DNA from: Octopus sinensis
Taxonomy: Eukaryota
Assembly: GCF_006345805.1 (NCBI RefSeq)
Contig: NC_042997.1
Location: 119,722,001-119,786,000, forward strand
Length of the DNA: 64,000 nucleotides
Direction of reading: 5' to 3'
Shown: piece after piece, positions 12,098-25,258 of the stretch
How the letters are laid out: each line of letters starts with the position of its first letter
How positions within the stretch are numbered: position 1 is the stretch's first letter
Notes under the pieces: generated by a model
What the model saw: only the letters and a program-made list of their open reading frames with translations
Database searches by the model: none
What the model was told of the DNA's origin: nothing
Program-made: the position numbers and the translations under genes

Positions 12098-15000
12098 ATG
12101 GAAGGAGGAGAGATGGGTACAGAGCAGCGGGAGTGAAAGATTAGAAAAGTATCAGAGACAAAGAAAAAGATATACATAAATCAGTTTAAATACGCTTAAT
12201 ATGTCAAATCACTCGGCATTAATTAAGATACCTCTGAAATTTCAATCTGAAATTCCTTGTAAGATATCAAACTGTTCACCTTGCATAACGTATGTGATTA
12301 TATCGCAGTTTTCTAACCCGTCACACAAAGTGAAACCATTTATGTAAATATAAGGAATTTTCTCAGATATTATTAATCTAAGTCTACGCATATTTATACA
12401 TTACTCCTTTGACTACAAAATTTCATCAATGATGACAGAAACGTTTTAATTTAATAGTTTGACTTGGCTACAGAAATGACAGGTAAATATTCAGTGTAAA
12501 ATATATGCCACACAAAATGTGTTTATTATATGACTATATATTACTTTTAGTTCAATATCATTGAATATCGTTTTATCTTAACATTCATTTCAAAACCTTG
12601 CCAAGTGTTTATCTAACACAAAATGATACTGAAAGTCTATTTGTCTTATTTATAGCTCCCGTACACCCTCTTAATAACATAAATTATTAGGTTTCAGCTG
12701 ACAGTTTGCAGTCGTCTCTTTCGTGTTATTTATGAATAATGTATATTACATACTTGATAATTCAGAATTTTTAAACGTGATGTGGTTATAGATTACAGAG
12801 ATACATTATATAGGATGTATTTTATAGCTGCAGGGTCCAAATACCTATACGGATAAAGACAGCATTCCTTAATTATCGCTCCGAACGAAAACCCTGAGTG
12901 TATTTTATAAAGTATTCAGGTGATTCTGTCTCTTAGTTGTCTTTACCTCAGCTACTTTGATACACCTTGTACTATGAAATGCCTCTCCTCAGCCGATAAC
13001 GGATTTAGAACATGACAAGTTTCAAAATTTTGTTAGCATAACATATCAAGGTCATGTATAAATATGTATTGTCTTTACTTACACTTGAAACATAAAAGAT
13101 ACATATCTACACCAGTGTTCTTGCACTTGCAAAATAACCAACTTAGCACGTGATATTACGCGATATTTTGCCATGTGTAAGAAAGTGAAGTCACGATCTC
13201 TTTTGCATATTGAAATCATTTTTACTATCTGAGATATTTTTCTGCGTATCACATCATCCCATTTTCAATACACATACAAATTAGATCATAGCTGTAGAAC
13301 TAGATAGCTTATAAAAAAACCTATATGTGTGATCTAATTATGAAAAATATTTAGAAATAATGTAATACCTGAACACGAGTTTAAAAGTTGTAATATAATT
13401 TATTTCTCATAGTTTCAAGATTTCGTTTTCTCAGAAGAATTAATTTTTATCGATTGTTAAGTAACTGCGATACACATGAGAAGCATATTACGTATGATAA
13501 TTCGATTACAGTCTAAATGTAGATTGAATATTTCATATTCCGCATCAGTTGATCATCTTGTATTAATTTTTCATTTCCGATTCACTGTGTGTGTATGCGT
13601 ATATTTATACATACATACATACATAAATACATACATACATACATACATACATACATACATACATACTTACATACATACATATATACATACATACATACGT
13701 ACGTATGTATGTATTTATGTTTATGAATATTTACGTATAGGTAAGTATACGTAAATATTTCTTTATAACTATATACGTGTGTGTATGTGTGTGTATGTGT
13801 GTGTGAATGTGTGTGTATATGTGTGTGTTTGCCTGTTTGTGTGCGTGTGTGTGCATGTGTGTGCATGTGTGCTTACAGCGGTGGGTGTTCGTACGTGACT
13901 CTAACTATACGTTTATATGAATACTCATAAGTCTTTTCTGGTATAGACTCATATCATTTCCTCTGCATTTTCTGAGTTCTCTTATTCGTCATGTTACCTC
14001 GGGAGTTTCGGTAACCAATTAAAAATTTCTCATATATATATTGTAAAAATATGATTTCATCGTGATTAAAAATCATCGATGCCTTGAACCTCAGTGCCGT
14101 AAATAATTTTACCTTTGTCCTGAATTTTCGACTAAAGTTTTAGATTTTATTAGTAATTAAATTATTAACTACATTGCCACAGTATGCATTAAAAAAAGGC
14201 GTATTGTTTAAATGCATTTCAGCTTGCGTTCAGTATACATTCTTATATGCTTGTAATCAGTTCTTAGAAATATTTGGGTACTTGTTCCACGACAAAAAAT
14301 TAAACTGAACTGAAACAATCAAGGCATTTTCAAGTCTTCTTCCACTTGAGAGTCTGTAGCATTCGTGATTAGCTGTTTTTACTTTAGAGCGAACCAACAT
14401 CCGACATGTAATTATTAAAAGAAATATTCCATATATTTCGTTTTGGGATTTGGTTTGCAATATTCTTTATATGAGTTCGTGTGTTGAAGCATATTCAGTT
14501 ATATATATATATAATTCATATGTTAGATTTCAAATAATCCAAAAATGTGTGTAATATTCATTACATTAAGATATTGATAGATACATGTATGAACAAGAGA
14601 TGAGTTGTGCTTGTTATGAAAGTAATGCGGCTTGTTGTTTAATGAGGTCCGGGTTTTTACATAGGATGTTACTTTGTGAGCTCAAACAAAAGTATATGCG
14701 CACATGTTACAGTACGTCATTATTCCAGGGATACTTTTTTCCTACATTTAGCTATTCATATATAACACACGGGTGTCTCTCTTTTGGTCATACAAAAGAT
14801 ATTGACATCTCTTCTTCACTATAATATGTCTTATATTTGTGTCATCTTACCAACATGCAGATGTCTTACACACACCTATGTAGACTCATATAAAAACATA
14901 TGAAGAGTTGGTTGAGGTTTGTAATTTAGGAAAAATTTCGTTGTCATTTCTAAGAATTTGAGATACAAGTGTGAAACACTGGCAGTAGTTTAGAGCAAAC

Positions 15001-16738
15001 GAATCACCTCAGTAATACATTTGATCTTTGTGCTATAAATTTGTTTTTGAATTTCTCTTTAGAGAATGAGCAAAATATAATGAAAATAAATAAATACATT
15101 TTAAAATTACGCATTTGAAAAATTTGTTCTTACGGCTAAATAAAATTGCAAACAGAACTGAAAGAAATCAAAGGAGAACAACGCGAGCGCTTACAATAAA
15201 TTTCAGTGGGTGTTTTTGGAAACAATATTTGGTGAGAAAGAAAATTGAGTAAAGGAGAAGAAAGGGCAGATTTTTCTGTAGAAATTTAGAGAACGCAGCA
15301 AACGCCTAAAAGTGATATGAAAGAGTCTAGGGAATTGAAAACCGCAGTTATATACGAAACCATAAAATCTTCTCCGTTTTCAGAGAATGATGTGTGCGGT
15401 TTCGTTGGATCTTCACCTCTCTCTGTCCCTCTTTTTCCTTCCCACCCTCTCTCTGAATATATATATATATATATATATATATTTACGAACACACTCATGT
15501 GTGTGTAAGCATATGCGGGTGTACGTGTATATATATATACAGTTTCATTCACACATACGTACACATAATTGATATATGTAGATGTGTTTAGAGGCATATG
15601 CATATTTATGCTGTATTTGTACATATATTTAAATTTGTGAGAGTATGAGCGAGTGTGTACGTGTTGTACTGCTCTTTCTACCAATTCCAGTTACTCTAAT
15701 TTAGCTCCAGCGGAAATTTAGTAAACGTAAGTTTATTTATACTTTTGCTGTAAAGGCATTTTGTGAGTGCTGTGTTTAGACAAAGTAAAAAAAAAAGGAA
15801 AAAGAAAAAATGATTTTGATACTGTGTATGAAATAATTAAAATAAAATTTTTAAAAATAATGATATTTCGCAATTTCAATATTTCCATTCAAAAATGTGT
15901 GCTTATGGCAAAAAATATTTGTGCACGTAAAACCAAAACAAACAAATCCACACGCAACCTATTTAAATTAACAATTTCGCAGAACCATATATTTCAGAAT
16001 CGTTTAGAACATTTCGTGTGGGTTTAATTCCGAAAGGATTTAGAATACTTAATGATGGATTTATATCCAGAAGGAGAGTGAATACTGGAAGGGAAAATTT
16101 AAATTCGAAATATATAAGAGCTTTCTGGGTTTAAACCCCCTCGAAATCTAACATGAAGTGTTATTTGAAAAACAAAGTGGTGAATGGGAGGTAAATGGGA
16201 AATACATGGGGGGGGGGCATTGACGTTACACCGTCGATATCACTCGGTGATCTCTTCCATAAAATTAAACCCAAAGCTCATTCACAATCAGATCCCAAAC
16301 ACATATAGAGGACCCATGCCTACCAATATAAGATCCATACGTGAAATTATCCATTTGTACAAAAGCTAATAAACAAGCTCAAACGCAGAGAAGTTATCAC
16401 TCATACATTCCGACACGCATGCATTTCCATGCGGGCAAATTTACGGTCCTTTTTCGGTTTTCAGTGCACCTGAAATGACTGGCCATTAACTTGTTTTTGA
16501 TCTCCTCTATCTTCAAAATGGTTTCACCTGAAGCAACTTAGGCAAGTCCGAAATCCGTGCTATTAATCAGTTTTATACCCAATCGACACTTTCTATCTAA
16601 ATATATCATATTGTGAAGATTTGAACCTTTAAACTTAATACAATATATGAAAGTAAATTCCTTTTAAGTATGCACAGCCATTCATCATAATCATTACGAT
16701 GTACACACCCGACGCATATATGTATAAATAAATAAATA

Positions 16739-16770
<32 letters not shown>

Positions 16771-16809
16771 CATGCACACACACGCACACTCAAATACACA
16801 CATATATAT

Positions 16810-16990
<181 letters not shown>

Positions 16991-16991
16991 T

Positions 16992-17565
16992 TACCCTGAT
17001 GCAGTACCAGGCAGTGGCTCTCATAGCTTCTGATCTTAACTGATTGGAAGTGTTATCATGTACATTGTTTTGTCTTGGTATAAAAGATGGGCTACAGCAA
17101 ATATTCTGCTCAATACGACAGATTTGCTTGTCAGTTGTTTGACCTTAACCAGTTGAGCATGTCCCTTAGTGGCTGACGATATGTGCATCTCTGATCACGA
17201 TCAGAAGTAGTGGGGGAGCATCATAGCCATGTGTTGAGAGGGATTCTTTGGGGTTTGAATAATTCACCTCTGGAAACATGGGTGGTTCTTTCAACATCCT
17301 TAAACAACCCTTCTTCAGGGACCTTTTGAGCAGGATGGGCTACTCAACCCGAAGAAATTTCTAACTGGGCCCAACCTGCAAGGTCATGTGCTGTTTATCT
17401 TGATATGAAATCACCATGTCGTGCACATATGGTTGTGATGCATGTGCCTGGTGTACCCTTATCAGACGTGTAGTCATGATGGGTATATTGGGCTTCGTAT
17501 ATTTTACCCCAGTGTCACTTTGATGGCATGAATTGCTCTCTCACTCAATAATAATGATAATAATA
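16992..17565 (+). mobile_element. Non-coding 3' end of a (TAA)n-associated non-LTR retroelement (Dong/R4-like)
   Basis: More GC-rich block embedded in (TAA)n and ending CTCTCTCACTC(AAT)n. No ORF. Confidence 0.45.
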
Positions 17566-18202
17566 TGTATGTGTGTGTAGTGAGAAATATGTGTTTGAGT
17601 GCGCGTTTCTCTGCGAGCATGTATGTATATGAGTTGTGCATGAGTTTGTTCACACGTATGTGTGTAATAGTGCCCTCTATATAATATAAATAAATATTTA
17701 AAGTTGAAAAAAATTTACAGATTTTTCTCTTACGAGGTTTTCTCACGCTAACTACTTGATAATTTCTTATGAAGATTTTATTCTAATTTTAAAATTATAT
17801 TTTTCACCGGAACAGTTCAATACTGAATTTTTGTTCCGAGTAAGCACGTTGTTACCGAAATGCAATTCGAAAAGCCCACCATTTACATAGATATGTAGGG
17901 ATGTACAGTTATATATGCTGCGATGGACACTGCGGTTGCTCGTCTGGTATGTTGTTCTTGTTCATTCATATATATCTTGAGTTCGTTGCACTGAAGAACA
18001 TAAAATGCATATACTGCATTCATTGCGAAATCGCAAGTGATATGTAACTAAATTCTGTTTTTAAATGACTCGCTTCGAAGATTGCATTCAGTACAATTTG
18101 TTTATTTTGGTAGTTTTGACTTTAAAAGTCCCTCCTAGCGTGCAGCATTTATGTGTAATAGTGTCCTCTATATAACATATATATATATATATATTATATA
18201 TA

Positions 18203-18237
<35 letters not shown>

Positions 18238-18999
18238 CTTGCAAATTGAGGCATGGCGTTCGATCATATAATAATATAAATAATATATATATATATATAT
18301 GTATATATAAGCACATATATTTACCTCCCTACATATATATGTATATATACACGCATATATGGGTACAGGACGTCAAAAAACATGAACAAATTGAGAAACG
18401 AGAACAAAAAGAAAACACAAGCATGGAAAACGAAATTTTTCGAACAACGAAAGGAGCAAATAGAGAATCGAGACAAGCAACATAAAAAATATTCCCTTCA
18501 TCAGTTGTCCCCTGTTTTATCTACCCCGCGTTACGAAGGTAGAGAGAAGACGTGACTTCGTTAAAACAGTTCATCCGCAAAGCAAATTACATGAAATTTG
18601 GAATTGTTTGCGGAGGGAAACAACACAATAAGAACAAAACAGTAGAAACAAACGGTGAGAACATCCATACGGTAATGAATAATATTTATATTTCGCTTGT
18701 CTTTTTATGTTGTAATGCTCGACTGCAGAAAAAAAATTATACTGGAGCTCATTTAGAGGAGAACATTATGCTGCAAGAACTCGTGTCAAATCGAATCCTC
18801 CAGTTCACAGATACGTTCTTTCTACCCAATCAGCAGATTGAGGCATATTATGATGTATCGAAACTAATGTCTCTTCTCCAAAGGAAACCATGTGAAATAT
18901 ATAATATATATATATATTAATTCATATATATTCACACACACACACACACACATGGTGATAGACGTTGGAGAGAGAATATTTAAATAAGACGTACTGCGT

Positions 19000-20050
19000 T
19001 GGTTTGCTGATAGGTTCCTAAGCTGGACAAGAGATTTTCATGGAGCGTGACAGGTTGAGGTTTATTTTTCAATATGGACACCATTTGTGGTTGACACACT
19101 TCTTCCATCGATGTTGGTGAAGAGTAGTTAATCCTGCTGGTAAAAACATATAATGAACAGCGGATATGACGTCTTTATCACTGCGATATTGGGTACCAAC
19201 CGTTTTTTCAAGTTGGGAACAGATGATATTCAGAGGGAAAAAAAATCTGGAGGGTACGGAAACCGATAAACCAGTTTAAATCCAGAGTTACGCGCAGCAA
19301 CTAAAGGCTCGAGTATTTGATTCTTGTCCTGCAGAAACAAGACCCCTTTTCTCAGCTTTCGCAAGCATTTGCTTTTGATAAACTGTCGTAACTACCTCGA
19401 CGATTGACACAGTCCATTCTACTTCGAGCTTAGCCTTCTTTAGAGCAGGTGAGATATTTCCATTACAGGGATTGTCTCTATGCCACTAGATCAAAGTGAT
19501 GAAGCAGACACTTATCTTGTGTTACGAAAAGTTCTACAAAACCAGCTGGATCTATCACAAATAATATCACATTTTCCTTTGATGTGATCAGCCTGGTGGC
19601 CTGAAGACGTGGAATCCACCAACCATCAACCATCGTCATGCAAATCTATTGTGTAGAATAATCTCAACTGTCCCATATGCTAGTAGCATTCGATATTTCG
19701 GTTATTCTGAATCGTTTCGTCGTCTATCAACATGTGGTAAAGACGATCAATGTTTTTTCTCTTGGGAGCAGTTGTAAGACCTACAAACCTTAGGCCACCT
19801 TCAAGACTCTCCCTCCCTCTCCTAAATTCAGCTGCACTTTTGCATGACAGATACATCTGAAGCTTGAACCTCTAATGTAGTCGCAAAGTGTTTTTGAGCC
19901 TAAAGCATTGCTTGAAGACACAAGGTACTATGTTAAAATCTACCACATTGTTGTCTTTCCACAACATGATATTATCCCTGGTGCATATTGAAATATTGCG
20001 TTTTTAAAATTATATTTATCTCTTAGTAGATTAGCACTACCTATATCAGA
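19000..20050 (-). mobile_element. Highly decayed mariner element
   Basis: Minus-strand remnant of the C-terminal RW.KCV..NG.Y motif (GACACACTTCTTCCATCG). Many stops and frameshifts. Confidence 0.45.
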
Positions 20051-21660
20051 ACTGTAAATTTAAAAATATGTGTGTGTTGTGCGTCGTGTGTGTATGTGTG
20101 TGGACTGATTTGCGAAATGTTTTTTAATGAAATCGTGTTTCATTCCATCAGTTAGTCAATTAACTTTCTGTCAATGTGTAAAATTATAAACTTACAAAGT
20201 TTTACGAACTTTTTTCTTCATCATAAGTATCTATATAAATGTTGAACACGGTTGACTGAATAGCTTATTTACACATTCTTGAAAATATTTCGTATTCAAA
20301 CGTTTTTCTTCGTCCAATATATTTATCTCCTTGTGTGATTAAATTTCTTATAGATGGTGCGGAATCAAGTATAAAATAATGAAGTCTGCATTCGTGATTA
20401 TCTTCGGAATATATTTCTTCAATTTTCCATTTTAATTCATGTTTGTAATGCTAAATTGGCAAATATAATTTGTTAATTAATATTACATTAATTTTAATTC
20501 TGTAATCGCCAATATTGAATAAAAACATATTAATATTGTCGTCAATTCACCAATGCACGACTCTGTCTTTTAATAACTTTAGTATTTCAGAAAGATAAAA
20601 ATCTAAATAATGATAAAATAACATTGATACATTTCTACTTATTCCTTAAATCAAAATATTCCACATATATGGCACTAATAGAGCTGATGCTTCTCTTCAG
20701 CAACTACAAGTCGTAAGGTGAAGGACAAAACTTCAACAAGAAGGGATATATAGGTAAAATATTCTTCGAAGAGTGAAACTGGACAATGGTTTTGGATGGT
20801 GTTCGGGTATGTACAACATAATGTATACAGTGAAGACAGGAAGAACGTCTTTTCTTGAATCTAGTCTGCTCCACTAAAAATAAGGGGTTGACCGCTATAC
20901 GAATCCTTTAGAGAAAAACAGAATAAAAATAGCATAAATGTGAGTTTATGACTTGCTAGCAAATAGTTTCAATGTAACTTTGATTGTTATCCTTTTTCTG
21001 CCTGACACACTTTCTTGAGAGCATCTGGGAAACTGTTACAACTTCCTAATTCCTGGATTTATATTACAAATCAATATTTCAACCGTATGTTTTGTCGCAT
21101 GTAGAAAAGACAAAATAAACTGCAGGGTGCAGTTGACTCTGATTATACTCAGAATTAAAATACTCCGAATTTTAGCAATCATTCTGATGTTCTGTAAAGT
21201 ACATAGGAGGAATAGGGAATTTAAATTGATCGATTATCTATTCCAACGTTTTTGGCGCTGCGCCAATGCTACATCAAAATGTAACTGGAGGTTTGCACTT
21301 AAACAAGGATATAAATTTGTTTGATATATGTTCAGGTATGGATATATGATATTTCTGAAAGTAAAAGCAATCCTTATATTTTGACAACATCAAAGAAATT
21401 TTAGCAGAGGAGAGGGCAAAGGAAAATTTAGTTCATGACATTTTTCAATTGAACACTTATACAATGTAAACCAGAATTTATATTATCCTTATCGATTTCT
21501 GTAATTCCTTGGTTGTTCGCCAGTGGCACCGTGGTGTGTATGTACATAAATACATACGTAAGTATGTATGTACATACATAGATACATACATACATACATA
21601 TGCATGTTTTCTTATACATATATATATATATATGTATGTATAATATTTATTTATTTATAT

Positions 21661-21960
21661 GTGGAGGTGCAATGGTTAGGGCAGCGGACTCGCAGTCGCA
21701 GGATCGCGGTTTCGATTCCCAGACCGGGCGTTGTGATGTTTATTCAGCGAAAACACCTAAAAGCTCCACGAGGCTCCGGCAGGGGATGGTGGTGATCCCT
21801 GCTGTACTCTTTCACCACTCTTTCTTCCACTCTTTCTTCTGTTGGCCTGCTCGCTTAGCCAGCGGGGTGGCGTCATTCGAAGGCTAAAACAATGCGAACG
21901 CATTGTGACCAGCGATGTGTAACAGCATCTGATGGTCTGGTCGGTCACGTGATTACGTGA
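21661..21960 (+). mobile_element. tRNA-derived SINE family C
   Basis: tRNA-like head (TGGTTAGGGCAGCGGACTCGCAGTC...GGTTTCGATTCCC), then unique body ending in CACGTGAT repeats. Confidence 0.7.
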
Positions 21961-21964
21961 TATA

Positions 21965-22012
<48 letters not shown>

Positions 22013-22085
22013 AGAGAAGAGAGAGGGTGATAGGTACATATGCACATCTATATATATATACACACAGACGTGTGTGTTTATGTAT

Positions 22086-22141
<56 letters not shown>

Positions 22142-22145
22142 ATAC

Positions 22146-22177
<32 letters not shown>

Positions 22178-22224
22178 GTATGTATACATATATATATATA
22201 TGTATGTATATACATATATATATA

Positions 22225-22265
<41 letters not shown>
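21960..22265. repeat. (TA)n/(TATG)n microsatellite block flanking the ribozyme array
   Basis: Direct reading. Confidence 0.95.
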
Positions 22266-22270
<5 letters not shown>

Positions 22271-22489
22271 TCAATATAGGGTGGCAAGGAAAATTTTGTA
22301 GAATTTTATGCCACCAGCGGCCCAGCGGGAAAAAAATTAAATAGTCATAGACCATTTTTAAGTTCAACATTAACAATTAAGGAACGGCCATAATAGGCCA
22401 TTCACCCACTAGAAATAACAGCCAAAGCTTCTACCGCAAATAAAGATTAATTCCGTAACAGGAGAAAATTAAAAAAACATTACCCTGTA

Positions 22490-22596
22490 ATTTCTTGTAC
22501 GGTATACCGTTTCATCCGCTGTTTAATGGTATACTAACCTGATTAAATTAAATCAAGCCAATCTTCCATAAGCCCTCGGATTCTTCAGCAAGAAAT
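22490..22596 (-). ncRNA. Type I hammerhead ribozyme, array unit 1
   Basis: AUUUCUUG-CUGAAGA-AUCCG..(68-nt domain II)..CGGAU-GAAA-CGGUAUACCG-UA-CAAGAAAU: 8-bp stem I, intact core, palindromic stem III, GUA cleavage triplet. Confidence 0.88.
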
Positions 22597-22976
22597 AGCT
22601 CAAGACGGAACAGATATATACACGAGGCATACCCAATCTTGCCAAGTCAATATCTGACCTAAAATTTTCAAATCGTCGCACTCGCGCCAAATTTATATCG
22701 GCAGCAATAAATATCAGCCGTCGATTCCATTACGGAATCAACCAAAAATTCATAATTAATCAATATAGGGTGGCAAGGAAAATTTTGTAGAATTTTATTG
22801 CCACCAGCGGCCAGCGGAAAAAAATTAAATAGTCATAGACCATTTTTAAGTTCAACATTAACAATTAAGGAACGGCCAATAGGCCATTCACCCACTAGAA
22901 ATAACAGCCAAAGCTTCTACCGCAAATAAGATTAATTCCGTAAACAGGAGAAAATTAAAAAAACATTTACCCTGTA

Positions 22977-23082
22977 ATTTCTTGTACGGTATACCGTTTC
23001 ATCCGCTGTTAATGGTATACTAACCTGATTAAATTAAATCAAGCCAATCTTCCATAAGCCCTCGGATTCTTCAGCAAGAAAT
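22977..23082 (-). ncRNA. Type I hammerhead ribozyme, array unit 2
   Basis: Same motif as unit 1. Confidence 0.88.
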
Positions 23083-23464
23083 AGCTCAAGACGGAACAGA
23101 TATATACACGAGGCATACCCATCTTGCCAAGTCAATATCTGACCTAAAATTTTCAAATCGTCGCACTCGCGCCAATTTATCGGCAGCAAATAAATATCAG
23201 CCGTCGATTCCATTACGGAATCAACCAAAAAATTCATAATTAATCAAATAGGGTGGCAAAGAAAATTTTGTAGAATTTTATTGCCACCAGCGGCCCAGCG
23301 GGAAAAAAATTAAATAGTCATAGACCATTTTTAAGTTCAACATTAACAATTAAGGAACGGCCATAATAGGCCATTCACCCACTAGAAATAACAGCCAAAG
23401 CTTCTACCGCAAATAAAGATTAATTCCGTAAACAGGAGAAAATTAAAAAAACATTTACCCTGTA

Positions 23465-23568
23465 ATTTTGTACGGTATACCGTTTCATCCGCTGTTTAAT
23501 GGTATACTAACCTGATTAAATTAAATCAAGCCAATCTTCCATAAGCCCTCGGATTCTTCAGCAAGAAA
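23465..23568 (-). ncRNA. Type I hammerhead ribozyme, array unit 3
   Basis: Core intact. Small indels in stem I, possibly read errors. Confidence 0.8.
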
Positions 23569-23955
23569 GAAATAGCTCAAGACGGAACAGATATATACAC
23601 GAGGCATACCCAATCTTGCCAAGTCAATATCTGACCTAAAATTTTCAAATCGTCGCACTCGCGCCAAATTTATCGGCAGCAAATAAATATCAGCCGTCTA
23701 TTCCATTACGGAATCAACCAAAAAATTCATAATTAATCAATATAGGGTGGCAAGGAAATTTGTAGAATTTTATTGCCACCAGCGCCCAGCGGGAAAAAAA
23801 TTAAATAGTCATAGACCATTTTTAAGTTCAACATTAACAATTAAGGAACGGCCATAATAGGCCATTCACCCACTAGAAATAACAGCCAAAGCTTCTACCG
23901 CAAATAAAGATTAATTCCGTAAACAGGAGAAAATTAAAAAAACATTTACCCTGTA

Positions 23956-24062
23956 ATTTCTTGTACGGTATACCGTTTCATCCGCTGTTTAATGGTATAC
24001 TAACCTGATTAAATTAAATCAAGCCAATCTTCCATAAGCCCTCGGATTCTTCAGCAAGAAAT
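23956..24062 (-). ncRNA. Type I hammerhead ribozyme, array unit 4
   Basis: Same motif as unit 1. Confidence 0.88.
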
Positions 24063-24446
24063 AGCTCAAGACGGAACAGATAATACACGAGGCATACCCA
24101 ATCTTGCCAAGTCAATATCTGACCTAAAATTTTCAAATCGTCGCACTCGCGCCAAATTTATCGGCAGCAAATAAATATCAGCCGTCGATTCCATTACGGA
24201 ATCAACCAAAAAATTCATAATTAATCAATATAGGGTGGCAAAGAAAATTTTGTAGAATTTTATTGCCACCAGCGGCCCAGCGGGAAAAAAATTAAATAGT
24301 CATAGACCATTTTTAAGTTCAACATTAACAATTAGGAACGGCCATAATAGGCCATTCACCCACTAGAAATAACAGCCAAAGCTTACTACCGCAAATAAAG
24401 ATTAATTCCGTAAACAGGAGAAAATTAAAAAAACATTTACCCTGTA

Positions 24447-24552
24447 ATTCTTGTACGGTATACCGTTTCATCCGCTGTTTAATGGTATACTAACCTGATT
24501 AAATTAAATCAAGCCAATCTTCCATAAGCCCTCGGATTCTTCAGCAAGAAAT
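24447..24552 (-). ncRNA. Type I hammerhead ribozyme, array unit 5
   Basis: Same motif as unit 1. Confidence 0.86.
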
Positions 24553-24938
24553 AGCTCAAGACGGAACAGATATATACACGAGGCATACCCAATCTTGCCA
24601 AGTCAATATCTGACCTAAAATTTTCAAATCGTCGCACTCGCGCCAAATTTATCGGCAGCAAATAAATATCAGCCGTCGATTCCATTACGGAATCAACCAA
24701 AAAATTCATAATTAACAATATAGGGTGGCAAGGAAAATTTTGTAGAATTTTATTGCCACCAGCAGCGGCCCAGCGGGAAAAAAATTAAATAGTCATAGAC
24801 CATTTTTAAGTTCAACATTAACAATTAAGGAACGGCCATAATAGGCCATTCACCCACTAGAAATAACAGCCAAAGCTTCTACCGCAATAAAGATTAATTC
24901 CGTAAACAGGAGAAAATTAAAAAAACATTTACCCTGTA

Positions 24939-25043
24939 ATTTCTGTACGGGTAACGTTTCATCCGCTGTTTAATGGTATACTAACCTGATTAAATTAAAT
25001 CAAGCCAATCTTCCATAAGCCCTCGGATTCTTCAGCAAGAAAT
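24939..25043 (-). ncRNA. Type I hammerhead ribozyme, array unit 6 (stem III altered)
   Basis: Core boxes intact. Stem III reads ACGTTACCCGT on the minus strand instead of the palindrome. Confidence 0.7.
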
Positions 25044-25258
25044 AGCTCAAGACGGAACAGATATATACACGAGGCATACCCAATCTTGCCAAGTCAATAT
25101 CTGACCTAAAATTTTCAAATCGTCGCACTCGCGCCAATTTATCGGCAGCAAATAAATATCAGCCGTCGATTCCATTACGGAATCAACCAAAAATTCATAA
25201 TTAATTCAATATAGGGTGGCAAGGAAAATTTTGTAGAATTTTATTGCCACCAGCGGCC

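Larger units (their letters stand above)
22266..25258 (-). repeat. Tandem array of ~490-bp hammerhead-containing units (6 full + 1 partial); retrozyme-like
   Basis: Units start at about 22266, 22754, 23238, 23731, 24219, 24709, 25198 and differ almost only by 1-4 nt indels. Confidence 0.97.

Noticed and set aside
16060-16600. Helentron/DINE-like element
   Set aside because: Composition is suggestive, but there is no second copy and no clear termini in the window.
18440-18545. Hammerhead on the minus strand (CTGATGAAGGG at about 18493-18503)
   Set aside because: No properly placed GAAA or stem III could be paired. At most a degenerate relic in a (TA)n-flanked cassette.
21661-21735. tRNA gene
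   Set aside because: No complete cloverleaf or acceptor stem. It continues into a SINE body.
21945-22376. YIYI/HTHT/IIII/NNNN ORFs here and throughout the window
   Set aside because: Translations of (TA)n, (CA)n and (TAA)n microsatellites.
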